Assembly: GCA_964244895.1 (NCBI GenBank)
Contig: CAXTKV010000039.1
Coordinates: forward strand, 18,443-31,323
Source of the DNA: an uncultured Deinococcales bacterium
GTDB lineage: Bacteria; Deinococcota; Deinococci; Deinococcales; JAAFIG01
Reading direction: 5' to 3'
DNA length: 12,881 bases
How positions within the stretch are numbered: position 1 is the first letter of the stretch; every line of letters begins with the position of its first letter. Of this stretch, positions 1-6,146 are shown in pieces. The position numbers were made by a program, and so were the translations under genes. Below the pieces are notes generated by a model that was given only the letters and a program-made list of their open reading frames with translations, made no database searches and was not told the origin of the DNA.

Positions 1-104
1 CTCGGGCGCAGCGAACTCGGGTGCGAGCAGAATCCAGCGCGACCCTGGAGACAGGAATCTACCCGAGGTCGAATCTCGGAGCGACGCGAGGGCGAACACG
101 AGGT

Positions 105-131
105 TCATCCCGGCGTTTACGCCGGGATGAC
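105..131. repeat. Perfect hairpin of the GTCATCCCGGCG...CGCCGGGATGA palindromic type
   Basis: TCATCCCGGCG-TTTA-CGCCGGGATGA, 11-bp stem; single copy in the window. Confidence 0.5.
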
Positions 132-153
132 GCCGGAAGCTCAGGGCGCAAGG

Positions 154-203
154 CTCGAGAACACCGTCTGGGACGGCGTTCTCGGAAATACGTGTTGGAC
201 GGT
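154..203. repeat. REP-like family copy (short hairpin plus degenerate arm)
   Basis: CTCGAGAACACCGTC-TGG-GACGGCGTTCTCG hairpin followed by CGTGTTGGACGGT, immediately after the crotonase stop. Confidence 0.7.
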
Positions 204-204
204 A

Positions 205-993
205 CTACTCGCCCTGAAATTCTGGGGCGCGTTTTTCCAGAAACGCCGACGTACCCTCGCGCATGTCCTTGGTGGTCGAAACCATGCCGAACAGATCGGC
301 CTCTATTTCCAGTCCCTCGGCCAGCGTCACGTCCAGACCGCGCCGCACGGCTTCCTTCGCCAACCCGAGCGCGACCGGGCCATTTTTCAGGATCAAGCCC
401 GCCAGCGCGCGCGCTTCCTCAAGCGCATCCTCCGCCACGCGGTTGACCAGCCCGAGCGCGAGGGCCTCGTCCGCATCGACGTGCCGACCCGTCAGGATCA
501 GATCCAACGCGCGCCCCTCACCGATCAAGCGCGGCAAGCGCTGCGTGCCGCCGAAACCCGGAATCAAGCCCAACCCGACTTCCGGCAGGCCGAACTTGGC
601 CGTTCTGGACGCCACGCGCAGATCGCAGGCCAGCGCCAGTTCCAGCCCACCGCCGAGCGCGAACCCGTTGACCGCCGCGATCACAGGAATGGGCATGGCC
701 GCGACCGTGTTCATCACGTCCTGACCGTTCAGCGCGAGTTCCCGGCCACCGAACACGTCTTCCAGATTGCTGAATTCCCCGATGTCCGCACCCGCCACGA
801 ACGCCCGCTCACCAGCGCCCGTGATGACCAGCGCTTGCGCTTCTTCCGTGTCCAGCACGGCGTCCAACGCATCCCCGATCTCTCGCATGGTGTCTGCGTT
901 CAGGGCGTTCATGGCTTTGGGGCGGTTGATTCTCAGCACGCAAATCTCGCCGAGTTCCAGGCTCAGGTTCTTGAAATCGAAATCGTCAGTCAT
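205..993 (-). CDS. crt: Enoyl-CoA hydratase (crotonase family)
   Basis: 262 aa with crotonase motifs AFVAGADI, AVNGFALGGGLELALACD and FGLPEVGLGLIPGFGGTQRLPRLIG; AAAGGA ribosome-binding site upstream; in an operon with 3-hydroxybutyryl-CoA dehydrogenase. Confidence 0.93.
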   Translation of the reverse strand: MTDDFDFKNLSLELGEICVLRINRPKAMNALNADTMREIGDALDAVLDTEEAQALVITGAGERAFVAGADIGEFSNLEDVFGGRELALNGQDVMNTVAAMPIPVIAAVNGFALGGGLELALACDLRVASRTAKFGLPEVGLGLIPGFGGTQRLPRLIGEGRALDLILTGRHVDADEALALGLVNRVAEDALEEARALAGLILKNGPVALGLAKEAVRRGLDVTLAEGLEIEADLFGMVSTTKDMREGTSAFLEKRAPEFQGE

Positions 994-1009
994 GGTGTGT
1001 TTCCTTTCA

Positions 1010-1026
1010 GGAACACCGTACCAGAC
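1010..1026. repeat. REP-like family, degenerate half copy
   Basis: GGAACACCGTACCAGAC versus consensus GAACACCGTCCAGCAC. Confidence 0.4.
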
Positions 1027-1053
1027 AACCTTCTAAGCTTCTCGAGAAGACTC

Positions 1054-1521
1054 TTAGGGACGCGAGGTCTCGAGATCGGTTGCTGCAAACGCCGTCTGGA
1101 ACGTGAACGCGTGCTGGGTCGGGCCGTGCGCGACCAGGTGATCGAGGCGATCTTTGGCCTCAAAAACCGTTGGGATGTGACCCGCCGGAACCCACCAGAG
1201 CACGTAAATCGGTTGGTTCATCAGCTCGAACCACTCCTTGCGGCGGCGCAGGAATTCCACGTGGGCGGTCTTGTAGACGTACTCGCGCAGGTGATCAAAC
1301 CCGTCCCAGACGCTCATGTTGACCAGCAGCGTGTCATCCGGGAACGGGCGCAAGCTGGTCGCGTCGTTGGTTCCCTCACCGATCAAGCGCCAGACGAACC
1401 CCGGCGTGGATTCCGCCAGCGCGTTGATCCGATCCAGGTTGTCCACGAAATCCTTCATGCGCGGCGTGTCCAAAGGCTCGAGAATCCGTCCGACGTTCAG
1501 TTGAGCGAGGTGGTGACTCAC
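1054..1521 (-). CDS. DUF3291-family protein (dimeric alpha/beta barrel, possibly heme-binding)
   Basis: 155 aa with HLAQLNVG, NALAESTPGFVWRL, VNMSVW, H-x-EFLRRRKEWF and VLWWVPAGHIPT...HGPTQHAFTF, typical of DUF3291; GTG start overlaps the upstream stop (GTGA) with AAAGGA upstream. Confidence 0.85.
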   Translation of the reverse strand: MSHHLAQLNVGRILEPLDTPRMKDFVDNLDRINALAESTPGFVWRLIGEGTNDATSLRPFPDDTLLVNMSVWDGFDHLREYVYKTAHVEFLRRRKEWFELMNQPIYVLWWVPAGHIPTVFEAKDRLDHLVAHGPTQHAFTFQTAFAATDLETSRP

Positions 1522-1733
1522 GACCGTTCCTTTCTCGAGAATTCTAGCTGTCGATTATTGATCCAATCTCGTTCGGTTTGAGTCATTCGCTTCCACCAGA
1601 TGTCCTCCATCAGATCCATCACAGCATCCTCTGAAGCCGAATCCAGGCCATCATTGAGTTCTCGCAATCGAAACATCTCGCGTTCAAGCTCGAGATGTTG
1701 CAGCAGTGCCTTTGATACCGACTCATCTATCAC
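1518..1733 (-). CDS. Small acidic, probably helical hypothetical protein (71 aa), low GC
   Basis: Fills the gap between hbd and the DUF3291 gene exactly, with 4-nt GTGA start/stop overlaps at both ends; about 48% GC by hand count; no recognised motif. Confidence 0.7.
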   Translation of the reverse strand: MIDESVSKALLQHLELEREMFRLRELNDGLDSASEDAVMDLMEDIWWKRMTQTERDWINNRQLEFSRKERS

Positions 1734-2581
1734 TTCTCGTACCTGTAAAACCCCTCGCCCGTCTTGCGCCCGAGCTTCCCGGCGCGCACCATCTGGCGCA
1801 GCAGCGGCGCGGGCTTGAATTTGGGGTCGCTGAATTCCGCGTACAAAGATTCAATCGCGGCCAGTTGCACATCCAACCCGACCAGATCTGCCAGCGCCAG
1901 CGGGCCAATCGGCATGTTCGCGCCCAATTTCATGGCGGTGTCAATATCCTCAGCGCTCGAGACGCCTTCAGAAAGCGCGTGAATCGCATCGTTCAGGTAC
2001 GGAACCAGCAGGCGGTTGACGATGAAGCCTGGCGCGTCCTTGCAGACGATCGGCGTCTTGCCCATGCGCGCACCCACGTCCACGCCCAACTTCACGGCTT
2101 CCTCGCTCGAGTGAATGCCGCGCACGATTTCCACCAGGCCCATCAGCGCGACCGGGTTAAAGAAGTGCATCCCGATGACCCGAGCTGGGTTCCTGGTGAA
2201 CGACGCGATCTGCGTGACCGACAGGCTCGAGGTGTTGGTGGCCAGCACCGCGCCGGGTTGGGCGACCGTATCCAAAGCGGTGAAGACCTCGCGCTTGACA
2301 TCGATGTTCTCGAAGGCCGCCTCGATGATCAGGTCGCAATCCGCCAAGCCCTCGAACTCGAGCGTGGTCGAAATGCGCGAGAGGATCGCGGCGGGCGGTT
2401 CGGGCAGTTTGCCCTTCGATTCGAGCTTGTGCAGGCTCGAGGTCAGGTTCTTCAGTCCTCGCTCGAGCGCCGCGTCCGCCACGTCTCGCACGGTCACGTC
2501 GAAGCCTGCGGTGGCCGCGACCTGCGCGATGCCGCCGCCCATCGCCCCCGCACCGATGACGCCCAGTTTCAAGTTGTCCAT
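1730..2581 (-). CDS. hbd: 3-hydroxybutyryl-CoA (3-hydroxyacyl-CoA) dehydrogenase
   Basis: 283 aa; Rossmann motif GVIGAGAMGGGIA, plus LIIEAAFEN, LATNTSSL, GMHFFNPV, DAPGFIVNRLL and GPLALADLVGLD. Confidence 0.93.
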   Translation of the reverse strand: MDNLKLGVIGAGAMGGGIAQVAATAGFDVTVRDVADAALERGLKNLTSSLHKLESKGKLPEPPAAILSRISTTLEFEGLADCDLIIEAAFENIDVKREVFTALDTVAQPGAVLATNTSSLSVTQIASFTRNPARVIGMHFFNPVALMGLVEIVRGIHSSEEAVKLGVDVGARMGKTPIVCKDAPGFIVNRLLVPYLNDAIHALSEGVSSAEDIDTAMKLGANMPIGPLALADLVGLDVQLAAIESLYAEFSDPKFKPAPLLRQMVRAGKLGRKTGEGFYRYEK

Positions 2582-2587
2582 ACCTTC

Positions 2588-2593
2588 AGTCTA
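2588..2593 (-). promoter_or_regulatory. -10 box TAGACT, leaderless promoter of hbd
   Basis: Minus strand reads TAGACT-gaaggt-ATG (6-nt spacer), the TANNNT-N5-7-start pattern of leaderless genes in Deinococcus-Thermus. Confidence 0.7.
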
Positions 2594-2608
2594 ACTCGAG
2601 CCTCCCCA

Positions 2609-2660
2609 GGGAACACCGTCGCAGACGCAAGTTTCAAGATGTGTGCTGGACGGTGCTCTC
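2609..2660. repeat. REP-like family copy (long form)
   Basis: GGGAACACCGTCGCAGACGCA-AGTTTCAAGA-TGTGTGCTGGACGGTGCTCTC inverted arms, 5 nt past the zinc-ribbon gene stop. Confidence 0.8.
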
Positions 2661-2665
2661 ACGAA

Positions 2666-3142
2666 TCAACCCCCGAAAAGCGCGTGCAGGCGTGCCTGAA
2701 GGGTGTGCCCCTTGAAATCGTGAAACTCGCCCGCGTCGAAGAACACGCCGTAATCCCTGGGGCATTTCTCGAAATGAATCTGCGGATGGTGCGCGTCGGT
2801 CACGCGCGTCATCGGGGTGTCGCAGCGCGGGCAACGGAACACGCCCGAAAGGTGATTGAAACGCTGCCCGACGAGACGGTCGCCAGAGTCCACACGCTCC
2901 GAGCTCTCGAGCTTACGGAGTTGTTCGTGCTCGAGTACATCGAACCACAGACCGCCGCAATCGGCGCAACGGTCAATCTCGACGCCCCGAAACGAGATCG
3001 TGAGCATCTCACCGTTGCACTTCGTGCAGCGCATCGGTTTCGGGGCCGTCAACACCGCGTCATCGAGCGCAGCTGCGGCATTGAAATGGGTGTGAGCGGA
3101 TGCGGCCTGCACCCTTTGTCTCAGAATTTCGACGGTTCTCAT
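2666..3142 (-). CDS. Protein with two tandem zf-TFIIB-like zinc ribbons
   Basis: CTKC...EIDRCADCGGLWFD and CPRC...EKCPRDYGVFFDAGE; start placed at ATG 3142 because GAGGA lies just upstream; ATG 3034 (MRCTKC) is an alternative. Confidence 0.8.
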   Translation of the reverse strand: MRTVEILRQRVQAASAHTHFNAAAALDDAVLTAPKPMRCTKCNGEMLTISFRGVEIDRCADCGGLWFDVLEHEQLRKLESSERVDSGDRLVGQRFNHLSGVFRCPRCDTPMTRVTDAHHPQIHFEKCPRDYGVFFDAGEFHDFKGHTLQARLHALFGG

Positions 3143-3217
3143 TGCGTTCCTCGCTTTGAACCCCGAGATTGCTCGAGGTTCAAATTTCAATACGGGCTTC
3201 TCGAATGCTGCGTTCCG

Positions 3218-3940
3218 TCACGTCAATGGTCGCTGGGCCTCGAGCGTCAGGCAGGTCTCGAGCGCGGTCACGGTCATCGTATCGATTCCCTTGCGCAGCA
3301 CGTCCTCGGGCTGGTGCGACTTGTCCCCGACGTAATTGGAAACCGTGCAGACGCACCCAGCTTCAATGCCGCGAAGCATGGCGATGGTGAAGATCGCGCT
3401 GGCTTCCATCTCGACGGCTTGCGCGCCACGTTTGGCGCGTTCCTCGCGCAGCCACGGGGTGGCGTAATAGTTGTCGCTGCTGGCCATCAGGGCCACGTGG
3501 TGCTTGAACCCCTCGCGCTCGGCGGCCTCGACGCTGGCGCGAAGCACGCGCCACGACGGGACGGGCACGGCGGGGCCGTCGCCCAGGTACGTGCGGGTCG
3601 TGCCATCGAAAGGCAACGATCCCTGCACGATCACCAGGTCGGTCGGTTCGAGTTCCGGTTTCAACGACCCGCACGTGCCGACGCGAATCACGACTTTGGC
3701 GTCCAGTTGAATCAGTTCTTCGAGGACAATCGCGGTCGTCGGGCAGCCCATGCCGGTCGTCTGGACGCTGACGCGCAAGCCCTTGAACAAACCGGTGTAG
3801 CCGAACATCTGGCGGTAATCCGTGTACAACACGGGGTTCTCGAGAAAGGTTTGGGCGATGTACGTCGCGCGGTTCGGGTCGCCGGGCAAGAGGACGTAAG
3901 GCGCGACATCGCCGGGTTGAGCCTGGACGTGAATTGGCAT
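3218..3940 (-). CDS. deoD: Purine nucleoside phosphorylase, DeoD/NP-I type, paralog A (240 aa)
   Basis: MPIH...VLLPGDPNRA, TTGMGCP, IRVGTCG, VEMEASA and TVSN motifs; start at ATG 3940 from paralog alignment and an upstream -10 box; the longer ORF-track N-terminus is intergenic sequence. Confidence 0.88.
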   Translation of the reverse strand: MPIHVQAQPGDVAPYVLLPGDPNRATYIAQTFLENPVLYTDYRQMFGYTGLFKGLRVSVQTTGMGCPTTAIVLEELIQLDAKVVIRVGTCGSLKPELEPTDLVIVQGSLPFDGTTRTYLGDGPAVPVPSWRVLRASVEAAEREGFKHHVALMASSDNYYATPWLREERAKRGAQAVEMEASAIFTIAMLRGIEAGCVCTVSNYVGDKSHQPEDVLRKGIDTMTVTALETCLTLEAQRPLT

Positions 3941-3945
3941 GGAGA

Positions 3946-3951
3946 AGTGTA
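3946..3951 (-). promoter_or_regulatory. -10 box TACACT, leaderless promoter of PNP paralog A
   Basis: Minus strand reads TACACT-tctcc-ATG (5-nt spacer), with no Shine-Dalgarno sequence. Confidence 0.7.
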
Positions 3952-4017
3952 CCCGTCGAGCGCGCTCGGTTGCGCAACACTTGAGAGGCACGATCAAGAA
4001 ACAGACGGGTGCGGTGA

Positions 4018-4075
4018 CCCCTCCGTCATCCGCCAAGACCGGGCGGATGCCACCTCCCCTATTGCATAGGGAGGA
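4018..4075. repeat. Double-hairpin palindromic element of the CCCCTCCGTCA...TGCCACCTCCCC...GGGAGG type
   Basis: Stems CATCCGCC/GGCGGATG and CCTCCC(C)TAT/ATAGGGAGG; single copy in the window; family assignment is from recollection only. Confidence 0.5.
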
Positions 4076-4082
4076 CAAAGGG

Positions 4083-4150
4083 CTCGAGAAGACCGTCCTG
4101 GACGTGTTTCTCGAGGCGCAAAAAACACCGTCTGGAACGGTCTTCCGAAA
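4083..4150. repeat. Two tandem short REP-like family copies
   Basis: CTCGAGAAGACCGTCCTGGACGTGTTTCTCGAG (4083-4115) and AAAACACCGTCTGGAACGGTCTTCCGAAA (4122-4150). Confidence 0.65.
4120..4146 (-). terminator. Candidate intrinsic terminator downstream of PNP paralog B, derived from a repeat copy
   Basis: Minus strand GGAAGACCGT-TCCAG-ACGGTGTTTTTT: a short imperfect stem followed by six T. Confidence 0.4.
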
Positions 4151-4230
4151 TCTTGCCCTCGTCAGGGTCTGTCCGTGACCGACCCTCGCCGGGGCACGCG
4201 GTGCGCGCACGCCGCAAATGTGATGGGGCT

Positions 4231-4959
4231 TTACTCGAGCTTCCGTTCGGCCTCGAGCGTCAAACACGTTTCCAGCGCCACCTCGATCATGCTGTCCACG
4301 CCGCGCTTCAGCACCTCGTCGGGCACCAGGCTTTCGTCACCGATGTAGTTGCTGACGGTCGTCAGGCAGGCGGCCTCCATGCCGCGCAGGTGGGCGACGG
4401 TGAAAATGGCGCTGGCTTCCATCTCGATGCCGAGCGCGCCGCGTTCGGTGTACAAAGCGCGCGCTTGATCCGAGGAGAGCGCGTAGAAGGAATCGTCGGT
4501 CACGATCAAGCCGACGTGGTAAGGCACGTTCGCGGCTCTCGCGGCATCGTCTGCGGCGCGCACGATGCGGTACGTCGCGATCGGCGCGTGGTTGCCCTCG
4601 CCCATGTACTGGCGGGTCGTGCCGTCGCGGGCCAAGCTCGCCTGGGCGATCACCAGATCGGCGGGTTTCAGGTTCGGGCTGGTGCCGCCGCAGGTGCCGA
4701 CGCGCAGCAGGACTTTCGCGCCCAACATGGCCAGTTCTTCGGCCACGATGCTGGCGCTCGGGCAGCCCATGCCGGTCGTCTGGACGCTGACGCGCAAGCC
4801 CTTGTAGGTGCCCGTGTAGCCCAGCATGCCGCGATGTTCGGTGTAAAGCGTGGGGTGCTCGAAGTAGGTTTCGGCGATGTACCTGGCGCGGTTGGGGTCG
4901 CCGGGCAAGAGCACGTAGGGTGCGACATCGCCGGGTTGGCCTCTGACGTGAATCGGCAT
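4231..4959 (-). CDS. deoD: Purine nucleoside phosphorylase, DeoD/NP-I type, paralog B (242 aa)
   Basis: Same motifs (VLLPGDPNRA, HRGMLGYTG, TTGMGCP, RVGTCG, DSFY, IEMEASA, TVSN); about 60% identical to paralog A by manual alignment; start at ATG 4959. Confidence 0.9.
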   Translation of the reverse strand: MPIHVRGQPGDVAPYVLLPGDPNRARYIAETYFEHPTLYTEHRGMLGYTGTYKGLRVSVQTTGMGCPSASIVAEELAMLGAKVLLRVGTCGGTSPNLKPADLVIAQASLARDGTTRQYMGEGNHAPIATYRIVRAADDAARAANVPYHVGLIVTDDSFYALSSDQARALYTERGALGIEMEASAIFTVAHLRGMEAACLTTVSNYIGDESLVPDEVLKRGVDSMIEVALETCLTLEAERKLE

Positions 4960-4964
4960 GCGTG

Positions 4965-4970
4965 AGTTTA
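4965..4970 (-). promoter_or_regulatory. -10 box TAAACT, leaderless promoter of PNP paralog B
   Basis: Minus strand reads TAAACT-cacgc-ATG (5-nt spacer), with no Shine-Dalgarno sequence. Confidence 0.7.
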
Positions 4971-5030
4971 CGGCACGGACGGATTGTCGGGTCTGGAGCG
5001 CGTTCAAAGAACTGGTTCGCTTCGGGCGGC

Positions 5031-5089
5031 GCGTACTGCACGGGGTTCTCGGGCATCATTCATCTGCGTGCTGGACGGTGTTCCTCGAG
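5031..5089. repeat. REP-like family arms in direct orientation
   Basis: GCGTGCTGGACGGTGTTCCTCGAG (5066-5089) and degenerate GCGTACTGCACGGGGTTCTC (5031-5050), just past the regulator stop. Confidence 0.7.
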
Positions 5090-5103
5090 GTCAAAGACAT
5101 CCT

Positions 5104-6111
5104 TCAAGGGATCTCGTCGGCCCAGGTGAACGGGTACTGCACGATCCGACCGCCGACGGGTGGAAAAGCGCTCAGGCGGCGCAATTCGGCCAGCGCGTCG
5201 GCGGCGATGGTCTCGAGCGGCGGGCGCAACGAATGCACGCCGATGCGCGGGTCGGCCACGACCGGAAGGCCGTCCACGCCGACCAGCAAGGCTCGGTCGC
5301 GCACGGCTTGGCCGCGTCCGCTCAATCCGGCGTGAACGCCGAGCGCCAACCAGTCGTTCGCGCAGAACACGCCGACGCGTCCGTGGTCGGGCAATTTCAG
5401 TTCCGCCCCAGCGGTCAGTCCCGCCGGGTAGTTCATGCGCGATTCGATCACCTCGAGCGGAACGCCCGCGTTGGCGCTGACGTGACGCATGCCCGCCAAG
5501 CGGGCGTCCGAGACGGGCAGGCCGTTGCGCCCCACGAACGCCAGGTGGTCGCAGCCCTGCGCCAGCAGCCATTGTGTCGCGATGCGCCCGGCCCCGATGT
5601 CGTCCATTTGCAGCAAACTGACGGACGCGCCGGGCGTCAGCGGAAAATCCACGAACAGTCCCACGGCGGGCGGATCGCCGCGCCCCATGCGTCGCAGCAG
5701 TTCGACGCTGGCGAGCCCGAGCGTCAGCACGCCGTCCTCCCAGGCTCGGGGCGGGTTGGCTTCGTCGACGCGTTCGACCGTGCAACGGATGTTCTCGTCG
5801 TGGCAGGCGTGCAGTAAACGTTCGATCATCAGCGTGAAAAAAGGGTCGTCGCGCAGGCGCAAGCGCCGATCCACCCACAGCCCGACCCGACGCAAGGTTC
5901 CCGGCTCGAGCAGCGCGGCGTAGGTTCCGCTGCCCTGACGACGTTCGACCACGCCTTCACCGGCCAGCCGCGCCAGCACGCGCCGAACCTGCTGACGACC
6001 CACGCCGTATTGTTCGGCCAGTTCGCGCTCGCCGGGCAGTTTACGCCCAGGAATAGTCCGCGCCAGACGGTGGATCGCTTCGTAGGTTTGTTGAGCCGTT
6101 GACACAACCAA
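5104..6111 (-). CDS. araR: AraR-type transcriptional regulator (N-terminal GntR winged HTH, C-terminal LacI-type sugar-binding domain)
   Basis: N-terminal PGRKLPGERELAEQYGVGRQQVRRVLARLAGEGVVERRQGSGTY (GntR HTH); C-terminal DDIGAGRIATQWLL, RLAG, VFCANDWLA and LVGVDG (LacI-like); divergent from the arabinose operon; start is TTG 6111 or GTG 6105. Confidence 0.85.
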   Translation of the reverse strand: MVVSTAQQTYEAIHRLARTIPGRKLPGERELAEQYGVGRQQVRRVLARLAGEGVVERRQGSGTYAALLEPGTLRRVGLWVDRRLRLRDDPFFTLMIERLLHACHDENIRCTVERVDEANPPRAWEDGVLTLGLASVELLRRMGRGDPPAVGLFVDFPLTPGASVSLLQMDDIGAGRIATQWLLAQGCDHLAFVGRNGLPVSDARLAGMRHVSANAGVPLEVIESRMNYPAGLTAGAELKLPDHGRVGVFCANDWLALGVHAGLSGRGQAVRDRALLVGVDGLPVVADPRIGVHSLRPPLETIAADALAELRRLSAFPPVGGRIVQYPFTWADEIP

Positions 6112-6127
6112 TTGGTATCACTAGTTT
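6099..6127 (+). promoter_or_regulatory. Sigma70-type promoter of the arabinose operon
   Basis: TTGACA (6099-6104), a 17-nt spacer, then TAGTTT (6122-6127), in an AT-rich patch. Confidence 0.65.
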
Positions 6128-6146
6128 ACGAATGTATCAACCAATC
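6105..6146. promoter_or_regulatory. Candidate operator sites for the AraR-type regulator
   Basis: Perfect palindrome ACCAATTGGT at 6107-6116 in the promoter spacer; CAACCAAT repeated at 6105 and 6138, 33 bp apart; related GATTGGTTCA/GTGGTTCA at 6289-6308. Confidence 0.5.

Noticed and set aside
1..108. Possible minus-strand gene start at ATG 108 (MNLVFALASLRDS...) running off the left edge
   Set aside because: Only 36 codons visible, no motif or SD; the upstream TAAACG lacks the conserved final T and sits in a hairpin
127..1581. 484-aa plus-strand ORF, and similar antisense ORFs at 4153-4965, 6531-7799, 7762-8697, 8763-9764 and 11242-12075
   Set aside because: Each lies opposite a well-supported gene and has shadow-frame composition
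3131..3140. GACGGTTCTC resembling a repeat arm at the start of the zinc-ribbon gene
   Set aside because: Only a 10-nt gapped match with no partner arm; compatible with chance
1706..4069. 787-aa plus-strand ORF spanning several genes
   Set aside because: Antisense shadow of hbd, the zinc-ribbon gene and PNP A; Arg/His/Gln-rich with no recognisable domain; long stop-free antisense frames are common in GC-rich DNA
3941..4267. 109-aa N-terminal extension of PNP A, and extensions of PNP B (to 5007) and the binding protein (from 6291)
   Set aside because: The extensions run through intergenic hairpins; paralog alignment, -10 boxes, and the SD plus signal peptide place starts at 3940, 4959 and 6462
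3218..6111. PNP genes as part of the arabinose regulon because they follow the regulator on the same strand
   Set aside because: Each has its own -10 box and I see no AACCAAT-type operator near them; adjacency alone is insufficient
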